DNA of 64,000 bases from positions 2,250 to 66,249 of the forward strand of contig CAYZIY010000010.1 in the NCBI GenBank assembly GCA_964478715.1, written 5' to 3'. Shown in pieces: positions 38,808 to 53,424 of this stretch; the stretch's first letter is position 1, and the number at the start of each line of letters is the position of its first letter. A program made the translations under genes and the position numbers. The notes under the pieces are model-generated. The model saw only the letters and a list, made by a program, of their open reading frames with translations. It made no database searches and was not told the origin of the DNA. This DNA comes from an uncultured Planctomycetales bacterium. Lineage in GTDB: Bacteria > Omnitrophota > Gorgyraeia > Zapsychrales > JBDRMG01.

Positions 38808-41516
38808 ATGAACATGCTGAAATCTTACAGCTCGTCACAGATCATTGAGGATTTAAAGACAAGTGACGGCACGTTTACTCTTTATAGCCTGCCTAAGCTG
38901 GCAAAATCCGGTTGGAAGGATATCAATCGCCTGCCATATTCTATTCGTGTTCTGCTTGAAAATGCTTTGAGGAATTGCGATGGGCAAAAAGTAACGGTTA
39001 CCGATATCGAACGCATTGCCGGTTGGTCTCCAAAGTCAAAGGCACTCAAAGAAATTGCCTATAAACCGGCCCGCGTTCTTCTTCAGGATTTCACTGGAGT
39101 TCCCTGCATTGTCGATCTGGCCGCGATGCGAGATTGCATGAGAGAAATCAACGGAGACTTTCAAAAAATTAATCCTCAGATTCCATGCGATTTGATCATC
39201 GATCATTCTGTCAGTGTGGATTGCTACGGCCAGAGGACAGCTTTCAGGAAAAATCTTGAACTCGATTTTAAGCGTAACAAAGAACGCTATCGTTTTTTGA
39301 AATGGGCCCAAGACTCTTTTGAACATTTTCGCGTCATTCCCCCGGCAACGGGAATCATCCATCAAATTAATTTAGAATACTTGGCCCAAGGGGTTATGAC
39401 ATCTCAAAAAGATGAAAAAATTATCGCCTATCCTGACACTCTGATTGGAACAGACAGTCACACGACCATGATTAACGGGTTGGGTATTCTCGGTTGGGGG
39501 GTCGGAGGCATTGAAGCCGAAGCTGTTATGCTGGGAGAGCCGATCAATATGCTTCTTCCGGAGGTTGTCGGCTTCAGGCTCACGGGAGCTCTGCGCAAAA
39601 ATATTACGGCCACCGATTGTGTTTTAACGATTGTTGACATTCTACGCAAGCAGGGAGTTGTGGGCAAATTTGTGGAATTTTTTGGACCCGGTCTTCGATC
39701 ATTGAGTTTAGCGGATAGGGCCACCATATCGAATATGGCCCCTGAATATGGCGCTACTTTAGGATTTTTTCCGATAGATGAAGAAACCCTCCATTATTAT
39801 CGCATGACAGGCCGATCGCCACAACAGATCGAACTCATTGAGCGATATATGAAACAACAGGAGCTTTTTTATCAACCCAAGCACAATAATATTTCTTATT
39901 CACAGATTATTGATTTCGATTTAGAAAGTGTCGATATCTCTCTTGCCGGACCAAAACGACCTCAGGACCGCATCCCCGTATCAGATATGGATAGTTCTTT
40001 TAAAAAATCTCTGTTGTCGACTGATTCCAAAGAGGGTTTTGGGTTGAGTCAAAATGATATCGAAAAAAGTATCCCTATCGACAAAAAGGGAAAGGAGCGC
40101 CTCACCCACGGCATGGTCGTTCTTGCCTCTATCACCAGCTGTACCAATACATCTAATCCTGAATTACTTATCGGGGCCGCATTATTGGCGAAAAAAGCTA
40201 TCGAGAAAGGACTCAAAGTTAAAAAATACATTAAGACATCGCTTGCGCCAGGTTCGGGAGTTGCCACCGAATACTTAAAGAAGGCCCGCCTGATGACATA
40301 TCTTGAGCAGCTGGGATTCCACCTGGCCGGATACGGATGCATGACCTGCATTGGTAATAGCGGACCGCTTCCTCCTGAAGTTCAAAAAGCTATTGAAAAA
40401 GGAAATCTTGTGGCGGCAAGTGTGATAAGCGGAAATAGAAACTTTGAAGGACGTATTTCGCCTTTTATTAAAGCTAATTATTTAGCGAGTCCGATTTTAG
40501 TGATTGCTTATGCTTTAGCCGGAACAGTCCAAATCGATTTATTGCGTGATCCGATTGGAAATAATTCAAAGGGAGAGGCGGTTTACTTAAAGGATATTTG
40601 GCCCCAGCAAAAAGACATCAAAAAGGTGCTAAAAAATTCTCTTTCTCCTGTGATGTTCAAAAGTCGCTACAAGAAAGCGTTAAAAGGGACACGTCACTGG
40701 AACAAAATTAAATCGGATTCGCAAGATCTCTATCGATGGGATCAAAAAAGTACATATATTCAAAAACCCCCGTTTTTTGAAAGTTTTTCCAAAGAAATCA
40801 ATCCGATCCAAGAGATTCAAGATGCTCATGCGCTTTTGATTTTAGGAGATTCGATTACCACAGATCATATTTCTCCGGCCGGCCCGATTTCTATGGACAG
40901 TCCGGCCGGCCGGTATCTTTTGGACCATCATGTCAAATATACCGATTTCAATACCTATGGTTCTCGACGAGGTAATGACCGGATTATGACCCGCGGTACA
41001 TTCGCTAATATTCGTTTACGTAATCAATTAACGCCGGAGAAAGAAGGGTCCTGGACCAAATGCTTTGTCAATAATCGGGAAATGAGCGTTTTTGATGCAG
41101 CCGAATTGTATAGAAAAAACAATATTCCCTTAATTGTTATAGCGGGAAAAGATTATGGATGCGGATCATCCCGCGATTGGGCGGCTAAGGGGACTGCTCT
41201 TTTGGGAGTAAAAGCTGTTCTTGCGCAGAGTTTTGAAAGAATTCACCGGAGCAATCTGATCGGAATGGGCGTTCTTCCGGTTCAATTTAAGAATAATGAC
41301 AGCGTTGATTCATTATCGATCCGCGGAGATGAACGCTTCAGCTTTCAGGGACTTCATGATAAAATGAAACCCGGCTCTTGGTTGACAATTAAGGTTGAGT
41401 CAGAAAGCGGTCGCAAAAGAGAATTTGAAGTTATCTGTCGACTGGACACGAAAGGCGAAATTGAGTATTACCGCAATAAAGGAATTTTGCAGACTGTAAT
41501 TCGCAAAATGCTGTAG
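38808..41516 (+). CDS. acnA: Aconitate hydratase A
   Basis: [46 protein letters not shown]. Confidence 0.97.
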   Translation: MNMLKSYSSSQIIEDLKTSDGTFTLYSLPKLAKSGWKDINRLPYSIRVLLENALRNCDGQKVTVTDIERIAGWSPKSKALKEIAYKPARVLLQDFTGVPCIVDLAAMRDCMREINGDFQKINPQIPCDLIIDHSVSVDCYGQRTAFRKNLELDFKRNKERYRFLKWAQDSFEHFRVIPPATGIIHQINLEYLAQGVMTSQKDEKIIAYPDTLIGTDSHTTMINGLGILGWGVGGIEAEAVMLGEPINMLLPEVVGFRLTGALRKNITATDCVLTIVDILRKQGVVGKFVEFFGPGLRSLSLADRATISNMAPEYGATLGFFPIDEETLHYYRMTGRSPQQIELIERYMKQQELFYQPKHNNISYSQIIDFDLESVDISLAGPKRPQDRIPVSDMDSSFKKSLLSTDSKEGFGLSQNDIEKSIPIDKKGKERLTHGMVVLASITSCTNTSNPELLIGAALLAKKAIEKGLKVKKYIKTSLAPGSGVATEYLKKARLMTYLEQLGFHLAGYGCMTCIGNSGPLPPEVQKAIEKGNLVAASVISGNRNFEGRISPFIKANYLASPILVIAYALAGTVQIDLLRDPIGNNSKGEAVYLKDIWPQQKDIKKVLKNSLSPVMFKSRYKKALKGTRHWNKIKSDSQDLYRWDQKSTYIQKPPFFESFSKEINPIQEIQDAHALLILGDSITTDHISPAGPISMDSPAGRYLLDHHVKYTDFNTYGSRRGNDRIMTRGTFANIRLRNQLTPEKEGSWTKCFVNNREMSVFDAAELYRKNNIPLIVIAGKDYGCGSSRDWAAKGTALLGVKAVLAQSFERIHRSNLIGMGVLPVQFKNNDSVDSLSIRGDERFSFQGLHDKMKPGSWLTIKVESESGRKREFEVICRLDTKGEIEYYRNKGILQTVIRKML

Positions 41517-41520
41517 TCTT

Positions 41521-42921
41521 ATGGGACAAACTCTTTACGAAAAAATATGGAATCAGCATGTTGTTTATGAGGATCCACAGGCAACAACCATTCTTTATAT
41601 CGACCGGCACTTCATGCATGAAGTGACAAGTCCTCAGGCTTTTGAAGGATTACGGCTTAATTACAGAAAAGTTCGTTCCCCTAAACAGACATTTGCAACG
41701 ATGGATCACAATGTCCCCACCAAGGCCAAAGATCTGAACTTAGCCAGCGATATTTCCCGTCTGCAGATGCAAACCCTAGAAAAAAACTGTAAACAATTCG
41801 GTGTCAACCTTTACGATTTCTGCGATCCTAATCAGGGAGTGATTCATGTGATTGGACCTCAACTGGGTTTGACTCAACCGGGGATGACAATTGTTTGCGG
41901 GGATTCTCATACGGCTACCCACGGGGCGTTTGGTGCGCTGGCTTTTGGCATCGGAACATCCGAGGTTGAACATGTTCTAGCGACTCAAACACTGCAGCAG
42001 AATAAATCCAAAACCATGCTGATTGAAGTTGAGGGTGCACTTCAAAAAGGAGTAACAGCCAAAGATATTATCCTCTACATTATCGGACAGATCGGAACCG
42101 ATGGAGCGACAGGTTATATCATCGAATATGCCGGAGACGCGATCAAGGCCCTGAGCATCGAAGGCCGAATGACTGTCTGCAATATGAGCATTGAGGCCGG
42201 TGCCCGGGCTGGGATGATCAGCGCAGATGAAAAAACTTTCGAATATCTTAAAGGCAAAGCGTATGCGCCTGACCAACATCAGTGGGAGAAAGCCGTTAAG
42301 CGGTGGAAAACTTTTCATAGCGACCCTGGGGCCGTTTTTGATCAAAAATGGCGATTTAAAGCCGAAGATATCTTGCCGCAAGTTACCTGGGGGACAAGTC
42401 CAGGACAAGTCATTTCAATCGAAGAAAAAGTACCAGATCCATTACGTATTCAAAATGAAACAAAAAAAGAAGCCGGCTTAAAGGCCCTCAGATATATGGA
42501 TTTAAAACCAGGTATGGATCCGAAAGAAATAAAAATCGATGCTGTTTTTATTGGGTCTTGTACAAATGGGCGGATAGAAGATTTGAAAGAGGCCGCTCAG
42601 ATTCTTAAGGGAAGAAAAATTAACGATCACATTCGCTGTCTTATTGTCCCGGGATCCGAACTGGTGAAGAAGCAGGCAGAAGACGAAGGACTGGATCAAA
42701 TTTTCATTGAGGCGGGTTGTCAATGGCGATACTCGGGTTGCTCTATGTGTCTGGCAATGAATGATGATTACCTTAAGCCCGGTGAACGTTGCGCATCCAC
42801 ATCGAACCGCAACTTTGAAGGACGGCAAGGACGTAAGAGCCGTACGCATTTGGTCAGTCCGATGATGGCGGCCGCTGCTGCCATCGAAGGCCATCTAACT
42901 GACGGAAGGAAATATCTCTGA
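41521..42921 (+). CDS. leuC: 3-isopropylmalate dehydratase large subunit
   Basis: [44 protein letters not shown]. Confidence 0.97.
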   Translation: MGQTLYEKIWNQHVVYEDPQATTILYIDRHFMHEVTSPQAFEGLRLNYRKVRSPKQTFATMDHNVPTKAKDLNLASDISRLQMQTLEKNCKQFGVNLYDFCDPNQGVIHVIGPQLGLTQPGMTIVCGDSHTATHGAFGALAFGIGTSEVEHVLATQTLQQNKSKTMLIEVEGALQKGVTAKDIILYIIGQIGTDGATGYIIEYAGDAIKALSIEGRMTVCNMSIEAGARAGMISADEKTFEYLKGKAYAPDQHQWEKAVKRWKTFHSDPGAVFDQKWRFKAEDILPQVTWGTSPGQVISIEEKVPDPLRIQNETKKEAGLKALRYMDLKPGMDPKEIKIDAVFIGSCTNGRIEDLKEAAQILKGRKINDHIRCLIVPGSELVKKQAEDEGLDQIFIEAGCQWRYSGCSMCLAMNDDYLKPGERCASTSNRNFEGRQGRKSRTHLVSPMMAAAAAIEGHLTDGRKYL

Positions 42922-43538
42922 TGAAGCCGTTTCATCAACATACAGGCATCGTGGCCCCGATCGATCGTTCAAATATCGATACGGATGCAATCATCCCCAA
43001 GCAATTTCTGCGTCGGATCGAACGGAAAGGTTTCGGCCGATATCTCTTCTTTGACTGGCGATATATTGACGGCGATGAAGATCAAAAGAATCCGGAATTT
43101 ATTCTTAATCAGTCAGGCTACGAAAAAGCGACCATTCTTCTTGCTCGGGATAATTTTGGCTGTGGATCTTCCAGGGAACATGCGCCATGGGCTCTGATGG
43201 ATTATGGATTTAGAGCCATTATTGCGCCCAGTTTTGCTGATATATTTTACAATAATTGTATTCGAAATGGACTTTTACCGGTTATCCTTTCGCGAAAAGA
43301 GGTCAATGCTCTGTTTCTTGAAGTCAATAATCAGCCATTAGCTAAAATTACGATCGATTTAAAAAATCAAAAAGTTATCAGCCCGGCAAAGGAAAGCTTT
43401 TCTTTTGATATTCAGCCCTTTGCCAAAGAATGCTTAATCAAAGGCTTGGATGCCATTGGCTGGACTCTTCAGTTTCAAAGCAAGATCAGGGACTTTGAAA
43501 AAAATCACCAGCATCAAATGCCATGGCTTTTTTCTTGA
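42921..43538 (+). CDS. leuD: 3-isopropylmalate dehydratase small subunit
   Basis: NIDTDAIIPKQFL, NFGCGSSREHA, SFADIF. Confidence 0.97.
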   Translation: MKPFHQHTGIVAPIDRSNIDTDAIIPKQFLRRIERKGFGRYLFFDWRYIDGDEDQKNPEFILNQSGYEKATILLARDNFGCGSSREHAPWALMDYGFRAIIAPSFADIFYNNCIRNGLLPVILSRKEVNALFLEVNNQPLAKITIDLKNQKVISPAKESFSFDIQPFAKECLIKGLDAIGWTLQFQSKIRDFEKNHQHQMPWLFS

Positions 43539-43584
43539 AAAATTCTTCTAAACTTATTCAACTCTATGGTAATATAAAATAACT

Positions 43585-44649
43585 ATGGCTGGAAATTCCT
43601 TTGGAACCTTGTTTCGTGTGACAACATTTGGAGAAAGTCATGGTGAAGCCGTTGGCGCTGTTATTGACGGGGTTCCTTCCCGTTTAAAACTTTCCATACA
43701 AGATATTCAAAAGCAGCTTAACAGGCGACGACCCGGACAAAATCGTGTTGCTACGCCACGGAAAGAGCCTGATCAGGTGAATATATTATCCGGTTTGTTC
43801 GAGGGGAAAACAACCGGAGCACCGATCGCTTTGGTTATCCGCAACACAAACGCAAATCCCAAGGACTACACGAATCTAAAGGACTTGTATCGTCCGGGTC
43901 ACGCCGATCATACGTTTGATCAGAAATTTGGTATTCGCGACTGGCGGGGTTCGGGACGCGCTTCCGGACGCGAAACCGCCGCTCGTGTTGCCGCCGGCGC
44001 TGTCGCGTTAAAATATTTGAAAAGTAAGGCTATCACTGTGCAAGCCTACACAAAGTCGATCGCATCCATTGAAGCAAAAAAAATCGATCTCAGTCAGATT
44101 GAAAAAAATATCGTACGCTGCCCCGACTCTCAACAAGCCAAAAAAATGATTCAAGCGATCGAAAAAGCCAAGGCCCGTAAAGATTCATTGGGGGGTGTTG
44201 TCGAGGCAATTGTTCATGGCTGTCCGTCTGGATTAGGGGATCCCGTTTTTGATAAACTGGATGCCCGCCTGGCTCAGGCCATCATGTCGATTGGAGCAGT
44301 CAAAGCCTTTGAAATCGGTGACGGTTTCTCAATTACAAAATTATACGGGTCGCAAGCCAATGACAGTTTAATCAAAAGAGGAAAGAAGATCCGCAGTGCT
44401 ACGAATCACGCTGGAGGAATAGTCGGCGGCATTTCCACCGGAGATGATATTGTCCTTCGAGCGGCCATTAAACCCACTTCTTCTATCGGACAAAAACAAA
44501 AGACAATCAACGTCAAAGGAAAGGCGAAAAATGTAGCGATAGAAGGTCGTCACGATCCCTGCATTTGTCCGCGCGCTGTTGTTGTCGTAGAGGCCATGAT
44601 CGCCCTGGTCTTGGCCGATTGTATGTTGATTCAAAAATCAATCCGTTGA
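43585..44649 (+). CDS. aroC: Chorismate synthase
   Basis: TFGESHG, RPGHAD, RASGRETA, GRHDPC. Confidence 0.97.
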   Translation: MAGNSFGTLFRVTTFGESHGEAVGAVIDGVPSRLKLSIQDIQKQLNRRRPGQNRVATPRKEPDQVNILSGLFEGKTTGAPIALVIRNTNANPKDYTNLKDLYRPGHADHTFDQKFGIRDWRGSGRASGRETAARVAAGAVALKYLKSKAITVQAYTKSIASIEAKKIDLSQIEKNIVRCPDSQQAKKMIQAIEKAKARKDSLGGVVEAIVHGCPSGLGDPVFDKLDARLAQAIMSIGAVKAFEIGDGFSITKLYGSQANDSLIKRGKKIRSATNHAGGIVGGISTGDDIVLRAAIKPTSSIGQKQKTINVKGKAKNVAIEGRHDPCICPRAVVVVEAMIALVLADCMLIQKSIR

Positions 44650-44660
44650 TCAACCAGTCC

Positions 44661-45551
44661 ATGAAATCACCTGAGAAAATTATATTGATAACAGGCTGCT
44701 CCAGCGGTTTCGGATTAAGCTCTGCCGTCTATTTGGCTAAAAAGAATCACATTGTCTATGCGACAATGAGAAATTTAAATAAAAAGGATTCTTTGTTAAA
44801 TGAAGCGTCCGCTCAACAAGTTGATTTAAAACTTAGAGCGCTGGATGTAACCCAGACAGAATCCATCCAAGCGGTTGTTAAAGAGATCGAAGAGGAGCAC
44901 GGGGGTCTGGATGTACTTGTCAACAATGCCGGATTTGGAATGGGCGGATATTTCGAAGACTTAAGTGATGAGGATATCCACTTGCAAATGGAGACGAATT
45001 TCTTCGGCGTTTGCAATGTGACTCGATACGCTATTCCTTTAATGCGAAAGAAAAAATCAGCAACGATTATCAATATTTCCAGCATATCGGGGTTAACGGC
45101 CAGCCCCTGTTTTAGCGCTTATAATGCCAGCAAATGGGCTTTGGAGGGATTTACCGAAAGTCTTTATTTTGAACTTAAAGAGTTTGGTATTCGTGTGTCT
45201 TTGATCGAACCGGGTATTTATAAAACCAGAATCTTCTACGAAAACGCACGCCGGGCCCAACATTTTTCTGATCCCCATAGCCCCTATTATGAAAAATCGC
45301 GATATTTAAAGCAAAAGATCACCGAGATGACCGACGCTTGCCGGAAAGATGTTAAAGATATCGCCTGCTTGATTGAGCGTATTATCAATCATCCCCATCC
45401 GCCGTTACGTAATATTCCTGATTTTCGGAGCAAGGTGAGATATTTTTTAAGAAAGATTTTTCCCTTATCGCTTAATCTTTACCTGGTTCCGAAAGTGATT
45501 TTTGCCGATTTCAATTCAAGCGAGAAAAAGAAAAGGAAGGGAAAGGCCTAA
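44661..45551 (+). CDS. Short-chain dehydrogenase/reductase
   Basis: TGCSSGFG, NNAG, YNASKWALEG, IEPG; start moved to ATG 44661. Confidence 0.9.
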   Translation: MKSPEKIILITGCSSGFGLSSAVYLAKKNHIVYATMRNLNKKDSLLNEASAQQVDLKLRALDVTQTESIQAVVKEIEEEHGGLDVLVNNAGFGMGGYFEDLSDEDIHLQMETNFFGVCNVTRYAIPLMRKKKSATIINISSISGLTASPCFSAYNASKWALEGFTESLYFELKEFGIRVSLIEPGIYKTRIFYENARRAQHFSDPHSPYYEKSRYLKQKITEMTDACRKDVKDIACLIERIINHPHPPLRNIPDFRSKVRYFLRKIFPLSLNLYLVPKVIFADFNSSEKKKRKGKA

Positions 45552-45552
45552 A

Positions 45553-45874
45553 ATGAAAAAACACTGGCAGCTCTTATGCTCGGAATGGCTTTTATTGCTT
45601 TTTTGGCAAGCTCGGTGTGTCAAGCGCAAAACTACCAGTTAAATATATCATCCTTCACTTCTTTCACTTTGTCACCTGGAAAGCAAAGAATCCCGATATT
45701 TGCCAGCGCGTAACAAGCGAACAACAAAAAGATTTCTGTTTCGCGCGCGTTACTTTTGAAACTTGCGAATGCAATTTATGCAGAAAGATCTCTGAATCCC
45801 ATCGTGACAATATATGCGTTGAGGAAATCGAAAAGCATAAGAAATGCGAATTCCCCTCTACATTCTCTCATTGA
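45553..45874 (+). pseudogene. Probably frameshifted gene for a small secreted Cys-repeat protein
   Basis: ATG 45553, a signal-peptide-like KTLAALMLGMAFIAFLASSVCQA and the Cys-repeat NPDIC...KDFC...CNLC...DNIC each lie in a different frame. Confidence 0.45.
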
Positions 45875-46499
45875 TAAATTCTTCAAGACCTTTGCAAGTC
45901 AAATAATGATTGGTCTTTTTTTGATTGCCGAGCGTATCCGAAGATTTCCCTCCATAACTGTGGCCTGGATAGATGATTGTCTCATCAGGAAGTTGACTGA
46001 TTGTTTCATAGAGAGAATAATACATTTCTTGTGCGTTGCCTCCGGGTAAGTCACAGCGTCCGCAGCCATTGATAAAAAGAGTGTCACCCGTTAACAGAAT
46101 ATTTTCAACATAAAAACAAAGACCACCCGGTGAATGACCGGGGGTATGCAGGCATCGAATTTCAATATTTCCGATCGTGATGATTTGATTATGGCGGACT
46201 TTGTTAATATCTTTATGAATGCGATAGACACTGTTCTCTGACTCATGAGCATAAATAGCAATGCCGTGATTCTTTAAGATTTCTTCCACTCCGTCTGTGT
46301 GGTCATAATGGCCATGGGTCAGAAAAATGGCAACGGGTTTTAGATCTTCTTCCTGAATAACTCCCAGAATCTTATCGATATCCCAGGCCGGGTCAACGAT
46401 GGCCACTTCTTGTGATTGCGCATCCCCTAACAGATAGCAATAATTCTGCATCGGGCCGACCTCAATCTGTTTCAGGAAGATTTCGACTGCTTTTGACAT
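45858..46499 (-). CDS. MBL-fold metallo-hydrolase (glyoxalase II-like)
   Basis: THGHYDH, HTPGHSPG, GDTLF..GCGR, YPGH. Confidence 0.92.
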   Translation of the reverse strand: MSKAVEIFLKQIEVGPMQNYCYLLGDAQSQEVAIVDPAWDIDKILGVIQEEDLKPVAIFLTHGHYDHTDGVEEILKNHGIAIYAHESENSVYRIHKDINKVRHNQIITIGNIEIRCLHTPGHSPGGLCFYVENILLTGDTLFINGCGRCDLPGGNAQEMYYSLYETISQLPDETIIYPGHSYGGKSSDTLGNQKKTNHYLTCKGLEEFINERM

Positions 46500-46592
46500 A
46501 ATATTCCTCTCTGTTATAATATGTGTTATAATTTTTGATTATTATAAGGTGTAAAATCACGAATCTCAACAGTTATTAAGATTGACGAAGAA

Positions 46593-49900
<3,308 letters not shown>

Positions 49901-49921
49901 CAATATTGAATTCTCAAGGAG

Positions 49922-50860
49922 ATGATGCATATGGAAAATGTTGTGATTATCGGTTCGGGACCTGCCGCTCATACGGCCGCTATTTATGCAGCCAGGTCAA
50001 AGATTAATCCACTTTTGTACGAAGGTTTTATGGCGGCCGGTATTCCCGCGGGAGGTCAATTAACGACAACCAGTCACATCGAAAATTTTCCGGGATTTCC
50101 CGAAGGAATTAGCGGTCAGGATTTGATGATGAGGATGCGTCAGCAATCTATAAATTCCGGAACAAGAATTGAGACAAAGACGGTTGATAAAGTTGATTTA
50201 AAAAGGCGTCCCTTTAAAATTTATGTGGATAATGAAGTCATCGAAAGCAAAACGATGATTATTGCTACCGGGGCCACAGCTAAACGATTAGGTCTGGAAA
50301 ATGAAGAAAAATTTTGGCAAAAGGGAATTTCGGCCTGTGCAGTCTGCGACGGAGCCCTGCCGATGTTTCGTGATCAAGTTCTCTGCGTCATCGGCGGAGG
50401 AGACACCGCGGCCGAAGAAGCCCTGTATTTAACCAAATATGCCAGTCTGGTCAAGGTTATACATCGTCGAGACCAGCTTAGGGCTTCAAAGATTCTGCAA
50501 GACAGGCTGTTGAAAAGTGAAAAAATCGAGATTGTCTGGAATTCGATAGCCACAGAAGCAATCGGTGATAAAACGTTAGAAGCTATCCGCGTAAAAAATA
50601 TCAAGACCAGCGAAAAATCGGTTCTTGCAGCCAAGGGATTATTTTATGCGATCGGCCATAAACCCAATACATATTTTCTTGGAAATCAGGTCGAGTTAAC
50701 ACAAACAGGTTATATTGTGACGAATCCAGGAACGACGAAAACAAGCGTGGAAGGAGTTTTTGCATGCGGTGATGTGCAGGATGCGGTCTATCGCCAAGCT
50801 GTCACCGCGGCCGGATCTGGTTGCAAAGCTGCTATCGAGACGGAGAGATTCTTGTGTTGA
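49922..50860 (+). CDS. trxB: Thioredoxin reductase
   Basis: GSGPA, GGQLTTT, CAVCDG, GGGDTA.EEA, GDVQD. Confidence 0.97.
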   Translation: MMHMENVVIIGSGPAAHTAAIYAARSKINPLLYEGFMAAGIPAGGQLTTTSHIENFPGFPEGISGQDLMMRMRQQSINSGTRIETKTVDKVDLKRRPFKIYVDNEVIESKTMIIATGATAKRLGLENEEKFWQKGISACAVCDGALPMFRDQVLCVIGGGDTAAEEALYLTKYASLVKVIHRRDQLRASKILQDRLLKSEKIEIVWNSIATEAIGDKTLEAIRVKNIKTSEKSVLAAKGLFYAIGHKPNTYFLGNQVELTQTGYIVTNPGTTKTSVEGVFACGDVQDAVYRQAVTAAGSGCKAAIETERFLC

Positions 50861-51741
50861 TAAAGAACTTTCGTAAATGGTTTATGGCTATTAGACCGAT
50901 TTCTCTTTGGACTTCGGCCGTTCCCATCCTCATTGGAATCGCCATGGCTTTTGGTGATGGCATTCATCATGTCTTTTCAGCAGTTATGGCGCTTATCGGC
51001 GGACTTTTGATCCATATTATCTGCAATCTTACGAATGACTATGGTGATTTTCAAAAAGGAGCCGATCGCCTAGGGGATTCAGATACAATGCGACAAAATC
51101 CTATCGGCACAATTTCCCAAAAAGAACTTTTTTCGGCGATCATTGTGACTGGCGTATTAGCGATTTTTCCGTGTGTCTATTTGGTTCAAAGGGGCGGCTG
51201 GCCCATCGCCGTTATTGCCATCTCATCACTGGCTGCTGCCGTTTTTTATACGATCGGCAAGCGTCCTCTGGGTTATAGGGGACTGGGAGATATCCTGGTT
51301 CTTGTTTTTATGGGTCCGGTGGCCAGTGCGGGAACGTATTATGTGCAAACTTTTGAGATCAATGCCGCGGTTGTTTTGGCTGGCTTAGGTCCCGGGCTGC
51401 TGACACTGGGAGTTTTGACTGTCAATAATATTCGGGATATCGAATCGGACCGGCAGGCTCAGAAAATGACTTTGGTAGTACGTTTTGGAAGAAAATTCGG
51501 TGAATGGGAATATTTTTTTGTTGTTCACACTGCCTGCCTTATGCCGCTTTTGATCTTTTTGATCACTCGGGATTACAAACTTTCGTTAGCAGCTGTTCTG
51601 ACGATATATTTTGCTTATAGCCCCATTAAAGCAGTTTTTGCAAAAGATGATCCGGCCTCATTGAATCAGGCTATCGGCCAGACCCTGCAGTTATTACAAA
51701 TCTATCTGATTTTGTTCTCGCTGGGATGGATTCTTTCATGA
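50854..51741 (+). CDS. menA: 1,4-dihydroxy-2-naphthoate polyprenyltransferase (UbiA family)
   Basis: NLTNDYGDFQKGAD, NNIRDIESD...K.TL.VR.G; multiple TM helices; start approximate. Confidence 0.9.
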   Translation: MLIKNFRKWFMAIRPISLWTSAVPILIGIAMAFGDGIHHVFSAVMALIGGLLIHIICNLTNDYGDFQKGADRLGDSDTMRQNPIGTISQKELFSAIIVTGVLAIFPCVYLVQRGGWPIAVIAISSLAAAVFYTIGKRPLGYRGLGDILVLVFMGPVASAGTYYVQTFEINAAVVLAGLGPGLLTLGVLTVNNIRDIESDRQAQKMTLVVRFGRKFGEWEYFFVVHTACLMPLLIFLITRDYKLSLAAVLTIYFAYSPIKAVFAKDDPASLNQAIGQTLQLLQIYLILFSLGWILS

Positions 51742-52145
51742 ATAATCGCCAATGCTTCAAATCACCGACCATCGTTACAATCACATTGACAGCGGATCAA
51801 AATTTTGTCAGTTTTGATTTTGCGCGCTCAATTTGTGACCAATCGATAAAAGACAATACGGCTTTTGAGAATTTCTGCGAAGGAAAAGGGGCGCGGCAAC
51901 TTCTCCTGATGTCTTTTGAGGAGGCCGCAGGTACATGCTCTGTGAGCGAAGAAGAAGACAGGTTTATGCTTTTTCTTGAGTGGTCAGCTCTTCGATCCGG
52001 CCTGGCTCAATATCTGGGAGAAGAAAGCGAAGACTTTGACAAAGACCGCGCAGAAGTGATCTCGATCGAATACGACAATTCTAAAATCATCATCAAGGAA
52101 CTACTCTTACCGCCGAAAAAGCTTCCCCGTGTTCTCAATGTCTGA
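51738..52145 (+). CDS. Hypothetical acidic protein
   Basis: ATGA overlap with menA; no recognisable motif. Confidence 0.55.
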   Translation: MNNRQCFKSPTIVTITLTADQNFVSFDFARSICDQSIKDNTAFENFCEGKGARQLLLMSFEEAAGTCSVSEEEDRFMLFLEWSALRSGLAQYLGEESEDFDKDRAEVISIEYDNSKIIIKELLLPPKKLPRVLNV

Positions 52146-52328
52146 ACCTCTCTGCTTTGCCATTTAATATCGCACCCATTAAGATAAAATCAATGTATGC
52201 GCGGGTGATCATATTATTGCCATAGAGAATACATATACAGGTATTTAAAAATCTTGCTATTTTTTATTTAATACAAATAGAGAACATGATAAAATTCCGG
52301 AAAAAGAAATAAGAGAGAGAGGGCATCG

Positions 52329-52880
52329 ATGAGCAAGGCGATATTTTTGGATCGGGACGGAACAATCAATGAAGATATGGGCTACATTTGTAGCCCCCAG
52401 CAATTCCATTTGATTGACCAGGCCGTCGAAGCTCTTTTAATTCTTCAAGGATCATTCCGATTATTTATTGTCACCAATCAATCTGGCGTGGCCCGCGGTT
52501 ATTTCAGTGAGGAACATCTGAAGAGTTTTAACCGCTATGTGGAAGATCTTCTTTTTAAAAAAGGAATCGAAATTCAAAAAACATATTATTGTCCGCATTT
52601 GATAAATGAGAATTGCGTGTGCCATAAACCCAGCAGTTATTTCTTAAAAAAAGCTGCCGAAGAATTCGTGGTTAATTTACGGCAATCGTATGTCATCGGC
52701 GATCATCCCCATGATGTAGAGATGGCCCACAATGTCGATGCCAAAGGGATTTATGTCTTAACAGGGCACGGCCGGAAACATCACCATGAATTAAAATCAA
52801 TCCCGGATCATATTGCCGATAATCTCTATGACGCCAGTCGATGGATAGTTGAAAATGAAACAAGAAAGCAGTTATTCTAA
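52329..52880 (+). CDS. gmhB: D-glycero-D-manno-heptose-1,7-bisphosphate phosphatase
   Basis: FLDRDGTIN, TNQSG, CPH...CVCHKP, IGD...D. Confidence 0.88.
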   Translation: MSKAIFLDRDGTINEDMGYICSPQQFHLIDQAVEALLILQGSFRLFIVTNQSGVARGYFSEEHLKSFNRYVEDLLFKKGIEIQKTYYCPHLINENCVCHKPSSYFLKKAAEEFVVNLRQSYVIGDHPHDVEMAHNVDAKGIYVLTGHGRKHHHELKSIPDHIADNLYDASRWIVENETRKQLF

Positions 52881-52902
52881 GAGAGATAATATTTCGAATC
52901 GA

Positions 52903-53424
52903 TTAGGTCGTTTCCCTGCCCAGTCCCATCAAAAGCTTTCCGGAGCGGATCATCTCGATAATGTCAAATTTCTTGAGTTTTTCTTCAAACTCATCCAGCT
53001 CATCGGACGTTCCGGCCAGCTCTAAAATAATGGTTTCTTCGCTGATATCAAGGATTTTGCCGGCGAATTGTTTCAGCAGGCTCTGCAGAGAACCCTTCTT
53101 GTAAGATTGGAATTTGATCTTAAATAACGCCAGTTCTTGCGCAAGCGCGTCTTTGGGCGTATGCTCAGTGATATGAATGACATCCACTAGCTTGCGGGTC
53201 TGTTTGATAATTTGGTCCAGAATATTAACATCACCTGAAGCTACAATGGTCATTCGTGAAAAACGGGGATTTACAGACGGGGAAACCACCAGGGAATCAA
53301 TATTAAAACCGCGGCGGGCAAAGACCATGGCGATGCGCATCAGAACACCCGGTTTATTGGCCACCAGTAAACTGATGGTGTGCACGTTTCTCTTTTTATT
53401 ATTTTCTTTTTTTCTTTTTGGCAT
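52903..53424 (-). CDS. ilvN: Acetolactate synthase small subunit
   Basis: NKPGVL.RI..VFARRGFNIDSL ACT domain. Confidence 0.95.
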   Translation of the reverse strand: MPKRKKENNKKRNVHTISLLVANKPGVLMRIAMVFARRGFNIDSLVVSPSVNPRFSRMTIVASGDVNILDQIIKQTRKLVDVIHITEHTPKDALAQELALFKIKFQSYKKGSLQSLLKQFAGKILDISEETIILELAGTSDELDEFEEKLKKFDIIEMIRSGKLLMGLGRETT

